A DNA stretch of 63,721 bases, counting the filler, from Octopus bimaculoides (Eukaryota), in the NCBI RefSeq assembly GCF_001194135.2. It is 5 parts of 4 records of this genome, joined end to end, with 100 filler letters (N's around TTAATTAATTAA, not from the genome) between each part and the next. Parts side by side here need not be neighbours in the genome. Positions count along the whole stretch, not along the records: positions 26,085 to 43,084 come from NC_068982.1; 4 more parts are not named here. One strand, given 5' to 3'. Position numbers and translations under genes: made by a program. Below are positions 26,818-38,768 of this stretch, one piece after another (position 1 is the first letter of the stretch; each line of letters starts with the position of its first letter). The notes below the pieces were generated by a model. That model ran no database searches and was not told where the DNA came from. It worked only from the letters and a program-made list of their open reading frames with translations.

Positions 26818-27203
26818 TATCATTATTATTATTATCATTTTTAGCATTATTATTATCATCTCATCTTATTCGTTTGACATATTATATATAGTTATTTCTC
26901 TTTAAAAATATTTTGAAGGCGCATTCCTAATCACCACCACAGAAAATATAAATTCCTTAGTAAAGGAAAATGAAGAATATTTGCAAGAAATTTAACAAAC
27001 TTCTAGATGGAGCGTAAGTTTCTACCAAGTGCGGTAATATGCTATAGGCCTAAGTTTCGGAAATACCTTACTGAAATATAATAAACCAATATTACACATA
27101 TATAAAATGTTCGTTATTGATCGAATTGTGATAGCATCTAATTCATTCCTCGAACGCAACAACCATAAACCACAAAGTCGTTAAAGTCATGATAACATTG
27201 ATA

Positions 27204-27251
<48 letters not shown>

Positions 27252-27313
27252 ACAATAGCAACTGTTCAACAACCGTAATAATAATTATAAGTGCAACAAT
27301 AACACGAATAAGT

Positions 27314-27345
<32 letters not shown>

Positions 27346-27360
27346 AATAATAATAACAAC

Positions 27361-27435
<75 letters not shown>

Positions 27436-30400
27436 AAGAAGAAGAAGAAGAAGATCAACAATAGCAATAACAACAATAATGGCAACAAAGTGTTCCTTAA
27501 TTAGACAAAATTTCAATGAACAATTTAGTATCATATACAGAAGATACCAAATGAATGAATGTTTTGCATTGCAATTGGCTACAAATCATTGAATAAATAT
27601 GAATTTATATAATGTATCAACAAGCATTTTGATACATTATATATCTATGGCCGCTTAAGTAGCCACTCAAATCCTCCAGTACCTTTCTATTTGATTAGGT
27701 TTTAGAAGTACATATTGAAAATAACGTTGCATAATAGGTCCGTGTGTGAGCATCTAATTATTTTGTTTAGATTGCGATTCCCATTACAGAATTATGGAAA
27801 TCCATTAATTCAACTATGTGTAGGTCTATCTCATCCTATCTTCAATGCAACCGCTATTAGAACGAATACGATATGAATGCATTTTAGGGGTAGACATCGA
27901 TTCAACAAAATATGTGCATTCGGATACTTATCCATTCATTTTTCCAGCCAGCCAGAGAGTCGACCAACCAGTCGCCCAGCGGATCCATCAATTTATTCAT
28001 ACATGTAGAGAGAGAGAGGGGGAGGAGAGAAAAAGAGACGGTGGGAGAGAGAGAGAGAGAGAAGGGGGGAGAGGGAGTGCGAGAGATAGAGAGTCCAAGA
28101 GAAACAAAGAAAGAGTCAGATAAATAGAGGGATATTGCATACGTTGTGATCATACATTCGTGAAACACGTAATGTGAAAAAACAGTTCTCATTTGATATA
28201 CTTTATATAGCGTGTTGAAATAAACGTTTTAAGTATATGCCTGTACGTTTTAGATATGTTAAAATCGCAACAATATTCATTCCGATCTCTTCGCTCTCTC
28301 CCTGAGTATTATACACCCCGAAGAGATACACTGTTAATAATGACTGGTTACTACGACTCGTTTCTTGTAGCATCAAAAGTTAAGACACATAAAATAATAC
28401 ATACCAGTTGCCTGGCAGTCATAGAACATTTTGAATTTGCAACCAAATCATAAAATTATTTTTCGAAACCAACTAGTAACCAAACTGGAACCCGTGACAA
28501 AGAAACAACCGTCAGGTGCATGCAATGCAAAAATCACTCGCAGAGAGGAATGAGAAAGAACAAATGAACATTCAACTAGAATAACGTTGAATTTCTCCTT
28601 TTGAGCGACTGGGGAAATTTAGTATATGACGCAGGAGATATTCATGACTAATATAGAAGGTCTTGAAATCATTTACATTGAAAGCAGGGGAGGTAATTAG
28701 CTACAGAAAATTTAACTTGGCAAATGTGAAAACAGCAACTGAACAAGGAGGACTTTTGACTCCAGCATCGTGTAAGATGCACTTAAAATATCGGATAGTA
28801 TGGGACACTTTTTGCAACATGAAATTACTGGATGGGTAAACTATTAGATTTCTATACGATTTTATGTGCATACATGCAAAAAAGGGTTTAATTTGAAGAC
28901 ATTGTGTGAGAAACCAGAACAATACCGTACGAACTGCGTTGTCGTAGTTGTGTAGAATTAAGTTATATCTTATATTCATGGTGTTATATGGATTTAGAAA
29001 TTATGATGCAGAAGTTTATGCACCGGAGAGAGAAATATGTACTAGCGCATGTATGGTGGTAAATTTGGTGTTAGAAACACCAAATCTAAGAGTAATAAGC
29101 GCTTACTTAACAATTAGTAAAAGTAAAGGTAATATTAATGCTGGCATAGATGTAGCAGTAATTCCTAGACAAGATTTCGAGTGGAGGTTGCATGTATAAC
29201 TCAGAACAAAAAATAAGTCCCGAAATCGCTTTTCTTAGAAAGAAATTAAAGAATACTTAGATATGTATGTAGGTGAGTTGCTATATAGAGAGTGAGAGTT
29301 TGAGAAAAGAGAGATAGAAACAGTAGGATATTCATGAACAGGAAACCGGATCTGAGTATTCCAGTATTCACTTTACATGCACGCACACACGCACGCACCC
29401 CCCCCCCCNNNNNNNNNNNNNNNNACACACACACTCACGTACGCATGCACACATACGCCCGCGCGCGCACACGCACATATATATAGAAAGAGAGAGAGAG
29501 AATAAAAGAGAGCGTGAAGTTGCAATACGAAGGTAAATTTACGCTGGGTGAGATACCAAGTGAAAACACAATGGTTAAAATTATACAAAAGTGCGTATTT
29601 CAGTCACATAAGACTCATTATTCCACAGTAAAATTAAAATTCATGGATGTTTTTGCAGAGTAGTGTAGATTAGATGATGTCTAAGCTAAATTATATCAGT
29701 ATTATATACACATAAAGTTGCAATGGTACATGTTTGATAATTTCTTTACAAAAACAATATAAGACACCCGCAAATTCATGCGATGTTTCATATTTACTAA
29801 GCTATTGAAAATATTCTATCTATTTTCATTGATTTTTATTGCTTGTACATGATTTGTATGAACGAGATCAACACGAAGTAATTATTTTAGGTTTAGATTA
29901 CTTTAAATTCGTCTGCGTACATTGTTTCATTTTTATGTATTGTTTTTGTTTTAAAATTTATTTATTTATTCGTCTATTTATTTGAACATCTTTTTATTCG
30001 TTTTTACTGCTTTAACAAATTTGTAAATAGCATTGAAGAGCGTTTGACATGATCATTAATGATAACTAAATAGTAATGAACAATTATCCTTTATCAGTGC
30101 TCCATCATGATAACATTATTTTAAAAAGTTATGGCAGGCTCATTATTTCAGTGATAATTTTGCCCTAAAGCTAATCTACAACGGATTTCCATTTCCATTT
30201 GGAGCCGCCTTACGTGTTTTATGGCATTTCTGGTGTTACGATAGACATTATGGCAATAATTTTCAAAATATTGCATCTGTAAATGTTTAGCTGACCAAAC
30301 ATGGCATTAATACTTTATGGCATTATTAAAACCAAATATAACAATGAGCAGAATAGTTTTCCTTTCGCATGGTTGTACCAGATTGTTGATTAAAATTTTA

Positions 30401-30752
30401 TACTTGTCCAACGTTTTCTAGAATATTTCATGCAATAATTAGCAATATATTATGTCTACATTGCCTGACCAGATGAAAAAAAAGATCTACAGAATTATGA
30501 GAGAATCAGTTTTTATTTTCTTGCGTATTCATTAGAATGAACTCTGACGAAAAAGATAGAAAACAATCTTAAATAGACTTATACACGTCTGTTGCCTGAG
30601 CGTTCAAATCCAAATTATAAAAACTACATCCAACGAAAGAAGGGCAATGTGGATATATTCCCAACATATCATCATTCATTTGTTACTGGAGGAAAAGTAT
30701 GCTGGCCACCGCTATCAAAGCTAAGAAGAATTAGTATTAGTGAGTGAAATAC

Positions 30753-30848
30753 ATTTGTGGACCCCAAGCCATAGCAGTTCTCATAAGGAACGACGCAGAA
30801 TTCCATAGATTGATCAATTCTCCTGTGATGTTGAGATAAATAGAAAGC
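30753..30848 (-). CDS. Candidate 96-nt coding exon of unknown gene
   Basis: Acceptor TTTTTCAG, donor GTATTT; two open frames (LSIYLNITGELINLWNSASFLMRTAMAWGPQ or AFYLSQHHRRIDQSMEFCVVPYENCYGLGSTN); neither recognised. Confidence 0.2.
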
Positions 30849-32697
30849 CTGAAAAATATCATGTGTGACAGGAGTGCGTGGAGGGAAAAACAACTCGGCT
30901 GAAACGATGCATTATTGGAATTTCTATGAATAATTTTATGACTACAAGTTTTAAAATCAAAACGAGATGCTATATATACATGATCATCGTTTATCCTTTC
31001 ATAGGGATATTAATAAGAAAATATACCTCACAATCCTCTTCTATTCATTAAGAAGAACAATACAAAATCAAATTATACGTAACTTACTGGATAGAATTAC
31101 CATTATGAACAGCCTGTATATGCTGTAGTTGATAACTCACCCCCAAAATAAGATGCGCTTCTTTTGAACATTTCAACATACTAGGTTACATACATATATG
31201 CATGCAAAAATACATTCGCACATACATGCATATACTTACATATATACACGCATACATATATGCATATATTCATTCTTTCATACACACATATATGTGCATG
31301 TAGAGGGATATTATGAGAAAGAAATAGATGTATAGAAACATAGCAAGGAGAATCATTAGGTGTTTATACAGTGTGACAGATGATCGAGTGCAGGCTGGGG
31401 AAACGATTACAAATCCAAAAGAGGAATGTGATGTATGAGTCGTTATTGAGGGCGATTAATGTCAGTGACTTAAGTGGAGACGTGCATTATGGTAATGGAA
31501 AGATAGTTACATAGGTCCATTGATAGGAAAGCGAATGAGGCGGGGATTAACTTATTGTTGATGGTTTTCTTTCGAAGGTGAATACAAGGGGGTTCTGTGC
31601 TGGTAGATGTTTTATTATTGAAATGAAAGCAGATTATGCAACACAGACGCAGCACAATCATAGGCATATAGACAAATATGGAAGCTGTAAAGAAACCTTA
31701 CATATGTTTGTCTTCCTTGCATGAAGATAGATATTTCGATATCATATTGCCTAAAGTTTACAAAAACCGTGCAAGGAAATAAAGTGGCCAACTCTGATTT
31801 CTTTTACTACACAATACTTAGGAGATATATTACTATTTACGTAGATACATATAACTCTACATGAAAGGCTGTAGTACCCTCATTTTAAACGAAGAATGTG
31901 TAACATGTTGTCTCATCGAGTGCAAGTATTTATTTTCGTTCCAGTCATACTTGTGGGATTCAATTTATATAGATTTTTTTTTTCAATTTTACTATTTCTG
32001 ATTCAGGAAAATCCCAATTTGTTTTTTTCCATTCTATACGGAAAAAAAAAAAAAATTCAATGTCTAACAGTGATTGTTGACTTCGATTTACCGTTGGTTT
32101 CCGCCATAATTATTTATCTCCCTATCTAACTCCGGCCTGCATGTCTCAGTAAGCATGAAATCTTTCGATTTATCAACCAATTTATCATTACACATCTATA
32201 CGCGTCTGAAGGCATTATGAAGTGTAAATACTGCTGGTTATTATCTGGAAACATGCAAAAGTAAAATTATTTTAAAAAAGTTTTCATGTATCAAATATAA
32301 AAGCAAATCAGAAAACAATTAATGATTCTGCTCGACAGATAGTGTTTCCCTGGTTAAAGTAAGAAATTAAACACTCAATAAAACTCACGCGTTTCTTCTG
32401 AAGGGCAGTTCAAGTTCATTCCAGTTTTCATATTTACTATATAGATTGAATTCCCGGGTTGTCATCCAAATTAATTTCTTTAATTTACTAGACGTCTTTT
32501 AACCGCGGTAATCTACCGACACATAAAGTACGAGTAAAGTTTATAAGGCTTCAGCACCTGTATTGATTAGACTTCTATATAATATATGTATGTATATATT
32601 GTATAAAGGATCGTGTGTAAGGCCGGAACAATGCGAGGTAAATGCAGGGCAAATCACAAGATAACAAATATATGAATTAATGAAGACTTACATTTTA

Positions 32698-32734
32698 TTC
32701 AATATTTCGGGGTTATAACCGCATTTTCAAGAAA
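32698..32734 (-). ncRNA. Minimal hammerhead, U3-A8 variant (stem II mismatch)
   Basis: TTTC-TTGAAAA-T-GCGG-TTATAA-CCCC-GAAA-TAT-T-GAA. Confidence 0.45.
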
Positions 32735-33304
32735 TTAACGAATGCACGTGTGTGAACATGTGCGGAAAGTTGTTGCTATAGCAACCAGTTAACTTCATGT
32801 AACACTCTTTTGTTGTTGATCTTATATTTCTTTTGGTGTTTGAGGAGGGCCTCAGAGATTCTAAGGTTGCCCTTGTTCCGCTGTGTTGCTTTGATGTGCA
32901 CTGAGAATCCCCATCAATGACCCTAAATTGTGCCAGAGGACCTATGTTGTATACGAGATCATCTGTAGCAAATGTGTTGTATCCTACATAGGTAGCACGA
33001 CAAGAAAATTCGATGTACGCATTAAGGAACACATGCAAGCAGACACTTCCGTGAAGAAACACGTACGGTAATAACAGAGCCGGGAATTCACAGTGCACAT
33101 CAAGGCAACTCGGCAGAACAGGGGCAACCTTAGAATGTCTGGGGACATCCTCATCCACCAAAAGAAACCCAAGATCAACAAGAGAAGAGAGTTACAGGGA
33201 GCTAGCTGGCTGCTATAGCAACATCTTTCTGCGTAGAAAGATGTTGCTGTAACATACACGCTCCATATACGCTCACATACACGCACATCGGCATCATTGA
33301 GTAA

Positions 33305-33342
33305 TTTCTTGAAAATGGGGGTCATAACCCCGAAATATTGAA
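33305..33342 (+). ncRNA. Minimal hammerhead, U3-A8 variant
   Basis: TTTC-TTGAAAA-T-GGGGG-TCATAA-CCCC-GAAA-TAT-T-GAA; palindromic AATATT stem III; stem I only 3 bp. Confidence 0.55.
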
Positions 33343-33483
33343 TAGAAGGTAACTCTATATTAATTCACATGTTTGTTTTCCTGTGATTTACCTTGCATTT
33401 ACTTCGCATTGTTCTGGCATTACCCATGATTCTTTATGTAATATATTCAACACAATGCTTCATGGTAATTATTCGCATGTCGT

Positions 33484-33518
<35 letters not shown>

Positions 33519-33590
33519 CATACATACATATATANNNNNNNNNNNNNNNNNNNNNNNNNNNNNNNNNNNNNNNNNNNNNNNNNNNNNNNN

Positions 33591-33635
<45 letters not shown>

Positions 33636-34974
33636 TATATAGATATATGCATAGATGAGTGAGTATGCATGTGACTGTACGTGTATGTGAGTATGTGTGT
33701 GTGAGAGTGTGTGCCTGAATGTGTGTGTGTGTGTGTGTTCCGTTCTTATATCTTAAAGAGTATTGGTCAATAGATATCTTTGTCATCCGATTATGTGAGT
33801 TGCGTTTTGACGATTTGTTTCCAACAACAATGCGCCCCTATATATTTCCGTAGTAATCCAAGAGCTTACATATATCAACATTTTGCCAGACAGATGGAGT
33901 GGAAGAATAGGCTAAGTAACCAAACCTTACAGCATTACTTATTTATGTGGGGAAATCTAACTGATATAGTTTTCTGTACAAAACCAGCAAAAATGAGAAT
34001 ACGGCACAAATAACAAGGAAAGTCTTCTTGATTTTTACAATTCAAAGAACTCATTTTATGAATAGTAACTAGGTCAATATGGTCATCATTCTAATAACTG
34101 GAATTCAAAAGAAAATTGAATTCTTTTAAATTTTGAAAATGTAGTGTATCCTAACAAAGCCTTTCTATCTAATCATTAAATATGCGCATATGTTTTTGTA
34201 ACATTATGTATACATATATACCGACACAGCAATAAATAACAAAGTCTAAGAAGTGTATATTAAATAGTATTTAACATAAATCGTTTTCTATTTCCATATT
34301 CAATTAAACAGACATTCAAAGATGCGTACACGTGGATATACGCATATGTATGTATCATATACGTGTGTGTATGCGTGTATGAATATGTGTTTGTACGTAT
34401 GTATATGTATATACGGGTATATACTAACATTTATAAGTATGTGTGTGTTTGTGTGTGTGTGAACAGTTAAGTAGATACACTCAGAAAGACAATTATGATT
34501 ACACTTTACTTCAAGTTCATTTCCTATAACTTTATAACCAACATTCTATATGTGACACTACGTTCTTTTATCGATATGTTCATAGTAGTTATGACAAGAA
34601 CAGCTCAACCTTATAATTACGGCTCAATCTAGTGATTCAGTGTCAACCAATTATTTTATCTACATAATTCCATAGAAGCATAACTATTTAGCCATTTTCA
34701 CAGGCACACAGACACACACACACAGGCACACAGACACACAGACACACGCACTCACACACAGGTAGATAAATAACAGAAAAATCCCTGAACGGCATTCCTT
34801 ACTTAAAATGACTGTTTTGACATATTGTAGTACATTGATGAGATTACATAATTGTATAAATGCACGATGACATCAGGTAGCCAATTACTGCAGAAGAACT
34901 TTGTATTGCATACTACAAAGTCTTTTACCAAAATTCTATTTCACAATGTATATGTATATATATTCTTTTGTTCT

Positions 34975-35204
34975 CCGACTTGTTTCAGTCATTTGACTGC
35001 GATCACGCTGGAACACCGCCTTAAAGCGTTTTAGTAAAAGAAATCGACCCCAGGACGTATTCTTTGTAAGCTTAATACTTATTCTGTCGTCCCTTTTCCG
35101 AAACGCTGAGTTATGGGAAAATAAACGCGCCAACAGCGGTTGTCAAGTGATGACGGGGGTGGGGGGTCAAACACAGATACATACGCGCACACACCGACGC
35201 ACTC

Positions 35205-35241
<37 letters not shown>

Positions 35242-35405
35242 TATACGAGAGGCTTCTTTCAGTTTTCGTCTACGAAATTCACTTACAAGTTTTGGTCAGT
35301 TCGAGGCTATAGTGACAGAAGTGACTTGCCCAAAGTGACACGCAGTAGGACTGAACCCAGAACCATGTAGTTAGGAAGGTAGTTTATTACCACATAGCCA
35401 CGGCT
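34975..35405 (-). mobile_element. SINE family A
   Basis: Reverse-complement match to the reference copy. Confidence 0.8.
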
Positions 35406-37224
35406 GTGTATATGAATGGATATATGTATATATTTGTATGTATATGTGTACGTATCTGTATGTATGTGTGCATGGATGTATGCATATACGTATGTTTGTA
35501 TACTTATGTGTGTATCTATGTATATTTTTGAAATCACTACGTTTAACAAGCAATAGTCCTATTACAGAATGTCATGTACTATGCGCTAAATATGAGGTAT
35601 TGATTAATTTAGTGTGTTAGTAATGGTAGTTGTCCTTGTTACATATCTTACTATTTAGGTACAGTTGCATTAGCAGCTAATATTTCATGGGTAACAATTA
35701 TTAATATTATTAAGTACAAATGAAAATGGTGATGTATAATGTATTTAGTACTAACTTTCGAAGCATCTTTCTTAATATATGTGAAGTTTCTTAATTCTAT
35801 TAATGGAACTAACTTTAAAGTAACCGTTTCTGTGCTGTATCTCGTTCTTTCGATATTTTTTTAATTACTCGTATCTGTATACACTTGAGTATGTTTTACT
35901 TTGTAAGTTATTAGTTTAAGATACAAAAATCAATGAAAGAAGATAAACATTCTATTATTGGATTTTCTTCTGATTATAGATAAATCCTGCTGCATTACTA
36001 ATTTATTTTTTCGTTCGTACTCTGTAATTTTGCTGAAAAAAGTAAAGTAAAATATTCATGATTTTTTTTTTTTTGTTGTTCAAAATACTTATCTTCACTA
36101 GCCAAATGAACAAAATTTCAAAATTTATTAACTGGAGATATTTCTGATGATTTGCTATTAATTTGACACATCCAATCTAATGGTTTCTGAATTAGGCACA
36201 TGGCAAACAAGTCGATATCATGAAAGCTAATGTTTCATTGATTTTAAATAACCACCCTCAATAGGAGGGGACTATATCTTGATCTTGGCAAGATGTGAAA
36301 CCAGAATGTATAGATTTGGAAGAAATAGGGCGTGATATTTTGTCCTTCACACATATACTGCTGTTAAAACAATGGATTCATAATGTTAAATAATAATAAA
36401 TTGGATATCGTTTAGTTGATCAAATATAAAGTGAAGAGGAAAATGTTTTTTTTTTTTATATTATACATACAGACTACCGGAAGCGTGAGTAGGGAGATCC
36501 TTTTATGAATTTGGAGTTCAAGACAGAACTATTATAGATGAAGTTGGCCACGAGACAGAATGATTCTTTGCCAAATCAATTGTCCTTGATGTCTTCCACA
36601 CACATCTGGACTGTTGGCTAGAAGGCTGACCCTTCTAAAATTCATTGCAATATGAGTACTGGAGTGCGGAGGCGACAATGAGAGTGGAGTGATAGAGAGG
36701 ATCCCTAATGTGGGAACATCGATATTTCAATCTAGTGAATATAGTAATTTTAGGAATAAATAAACAGGTAAAACTAAATAAAAAAATATAAAAACGTTAG
36801 AGGGAAAATTTATAATTCCACTTCTGTATACTTACTTCCCCTAAGAGTAGTGCCTTTAAATATAAATATTAAAAAATTTACAGATATAACGAACTTTTTT
36901 ACATTCAACCATTGATGAAATTCTATTTATGTTACTCCACACAAACGAGTCGCTAACACAAGAACAACTGCGTTTATATATTCTCGATCTGTTCTAGTTA
37001 GTCATCACTTGTAACTTTAAAGTCGTAACTGTTCATGCACACATAAACATTACAATAATTTATATCAAACTTTTCTTAACTAGATGGATAATACTATACC
37101 ACTCATTAACACATTTAACATTAATTATACCTGAAATTTAGTAAACACGAACAAAAATGGTCCCTTCCTTGTATATATACGTGCACAGTATATATATATA
37201 TATATATATATATATCAGTAAAAT

Positions 37225-37480
37225 TATGTGACACTTATTCGGTAGCCATGATAAAACTCCTAGTTTCAGATGCCGGGGTAGGAACCCACGCTAACATCTC
37301 TTCAGTTATACGGCCATTGAAAATTTCCCTGGAAAATGACCGTGAAACAAAGTGAATTTACTGTGTGGTTGACCGTTATTAAGACAAAAGAGCTATAGTC
37401 CGCTAAGTAAGGGGAGGGGTAAAAGTAAAGGAGTGGAGAAGCCTATAGTGTTCGCGTAAGCGCACCAATCCGTACATTCG
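37225..37480 (-). mobile_element. Possible Penelope-like terminal fragment with a degenerate hammerhead
   Basis: Adjacent to (TA)n; CTGAAGA-GATG...CATC-T-GAAACTAG on the minus strand. Confidence 0.4.
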
Positions 37481-37894
37481 CTTATATGTATATACTATCC
37501 TCCCCTCGCATGAAACACACACAAGTCCACTCACAAGGCGTTGGTCAGCCCCAGGCTATAGTGGAAGGCACTTGTCCAAGGTGCCACGCAGAGGGATTAA
37601 CCCGGAACCATGTGGTTGGTAAGCAAGCTACTTACCACCTAGCCACTCCTACGCCTATATGTGTATTATGAAATATAAACCACAACTTAATAAACTATAA
37701 CACAACAGAATCAGACAACTCAAATTATTCCTTAAAAATTACTATAAACAACATGCATAATTGCAAAGTTGATGTAACGATCTTCCTCCATGATACAAAA
37801 ACGTAACATTAAAATAGTGTAAAATTAGACCTTGCATATTCGCGAGACTAGTCGCTCATGTTAGCTAAGTTTCACCAATAATAAATTTTACTGG

Positions 37895-37959
37895 TGAAAT
37901 TCATCGTTATGAAATTCATCGTTATGAAATTCATCGTTATGAAATTCATCTTTATGAAA
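37895..37959. repeat. 15-bp tandem repeat (TGAAATTCATCGTTA), about four copies
   Basis: Direct reading. Confidence 0.9.
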
Positions 37960-38712
37960 AAATTATTTGCTGTAGTAGCATAGGTTCAACGATTTAAATA
38001 CAACAGAAGGGTTACAGGGGAAACAGATGTTTGGTAACCATAAATGGAATGAATATTGTGAAGGGTACACGACCCATCAATGAACATCTAATGAAGAATA
38101 CATCAAAGAAATTACACAGAATATATTAACAATTTAACCGAGCCAGAAGAGAGTAAAGAATAAAAACTAAATACTGTTATTCTAGGTGAGGCATACAGAG
38201 ATTGTTTCAGGACGCTGATAATTCCTGGACTACGAACATGCTTACGTGTTAAACTTTCTGATCTTGCGAAAGGTGGAAAATCGATGGTAAAGAAATAATC
38301 TTTAATACCACCTAAATGAGAAGAAAGGCCAATAGACAAAATAGAAAGGGAAGTATAAATGATTGACAAAAGAAGTTACATGAAATGTAACCTTAGGGTG
38401 TTCGAATAAAGAATAGCGTAAGCATGAGAGACTGACGACCACTATAGAAGCCAAAACGTTAACATGGCTCAAAGCAAGTCACCTGAAGACATCAGTGAAC
38501 TTAGAAAACCAAGAAAGTAGAAGGTATAAAACAGTTTACTTGCAAAGCACAAAATGCTTGACTTGCGAACAGGCTGAATATTCCGTGTTGGCGAAGAGAA
38601 TATCATAATATAGATATGTGTGTATAAACATCATAAGCATGTATATACATAGATGCATGCACATATATCACACGCACACATACATGTATATATATACAAA
38701 CATATATATATA

Positions 38713-38768
<56 letters not shown>

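Larger units (their letters stand above)
32673..33367 (-). mobile_element. Penelope-like element remnant: GIY-YIG fragment between inverted pLTR copies
   Basis: NAYIEFSCRATYVGYNT resembles the GIY-YIG VYxFxC...YVGxT motif; ~65-bp inverted arms 32673-32737 / 33302-33367, each with a hammerhead fold. Confidence 0.75.

Noticed and set aside
38432-38460. CTGACGA...AAAACGTT hammerhead-like string
   Set aside because: No stem I or II pairing, and G12 is missing.
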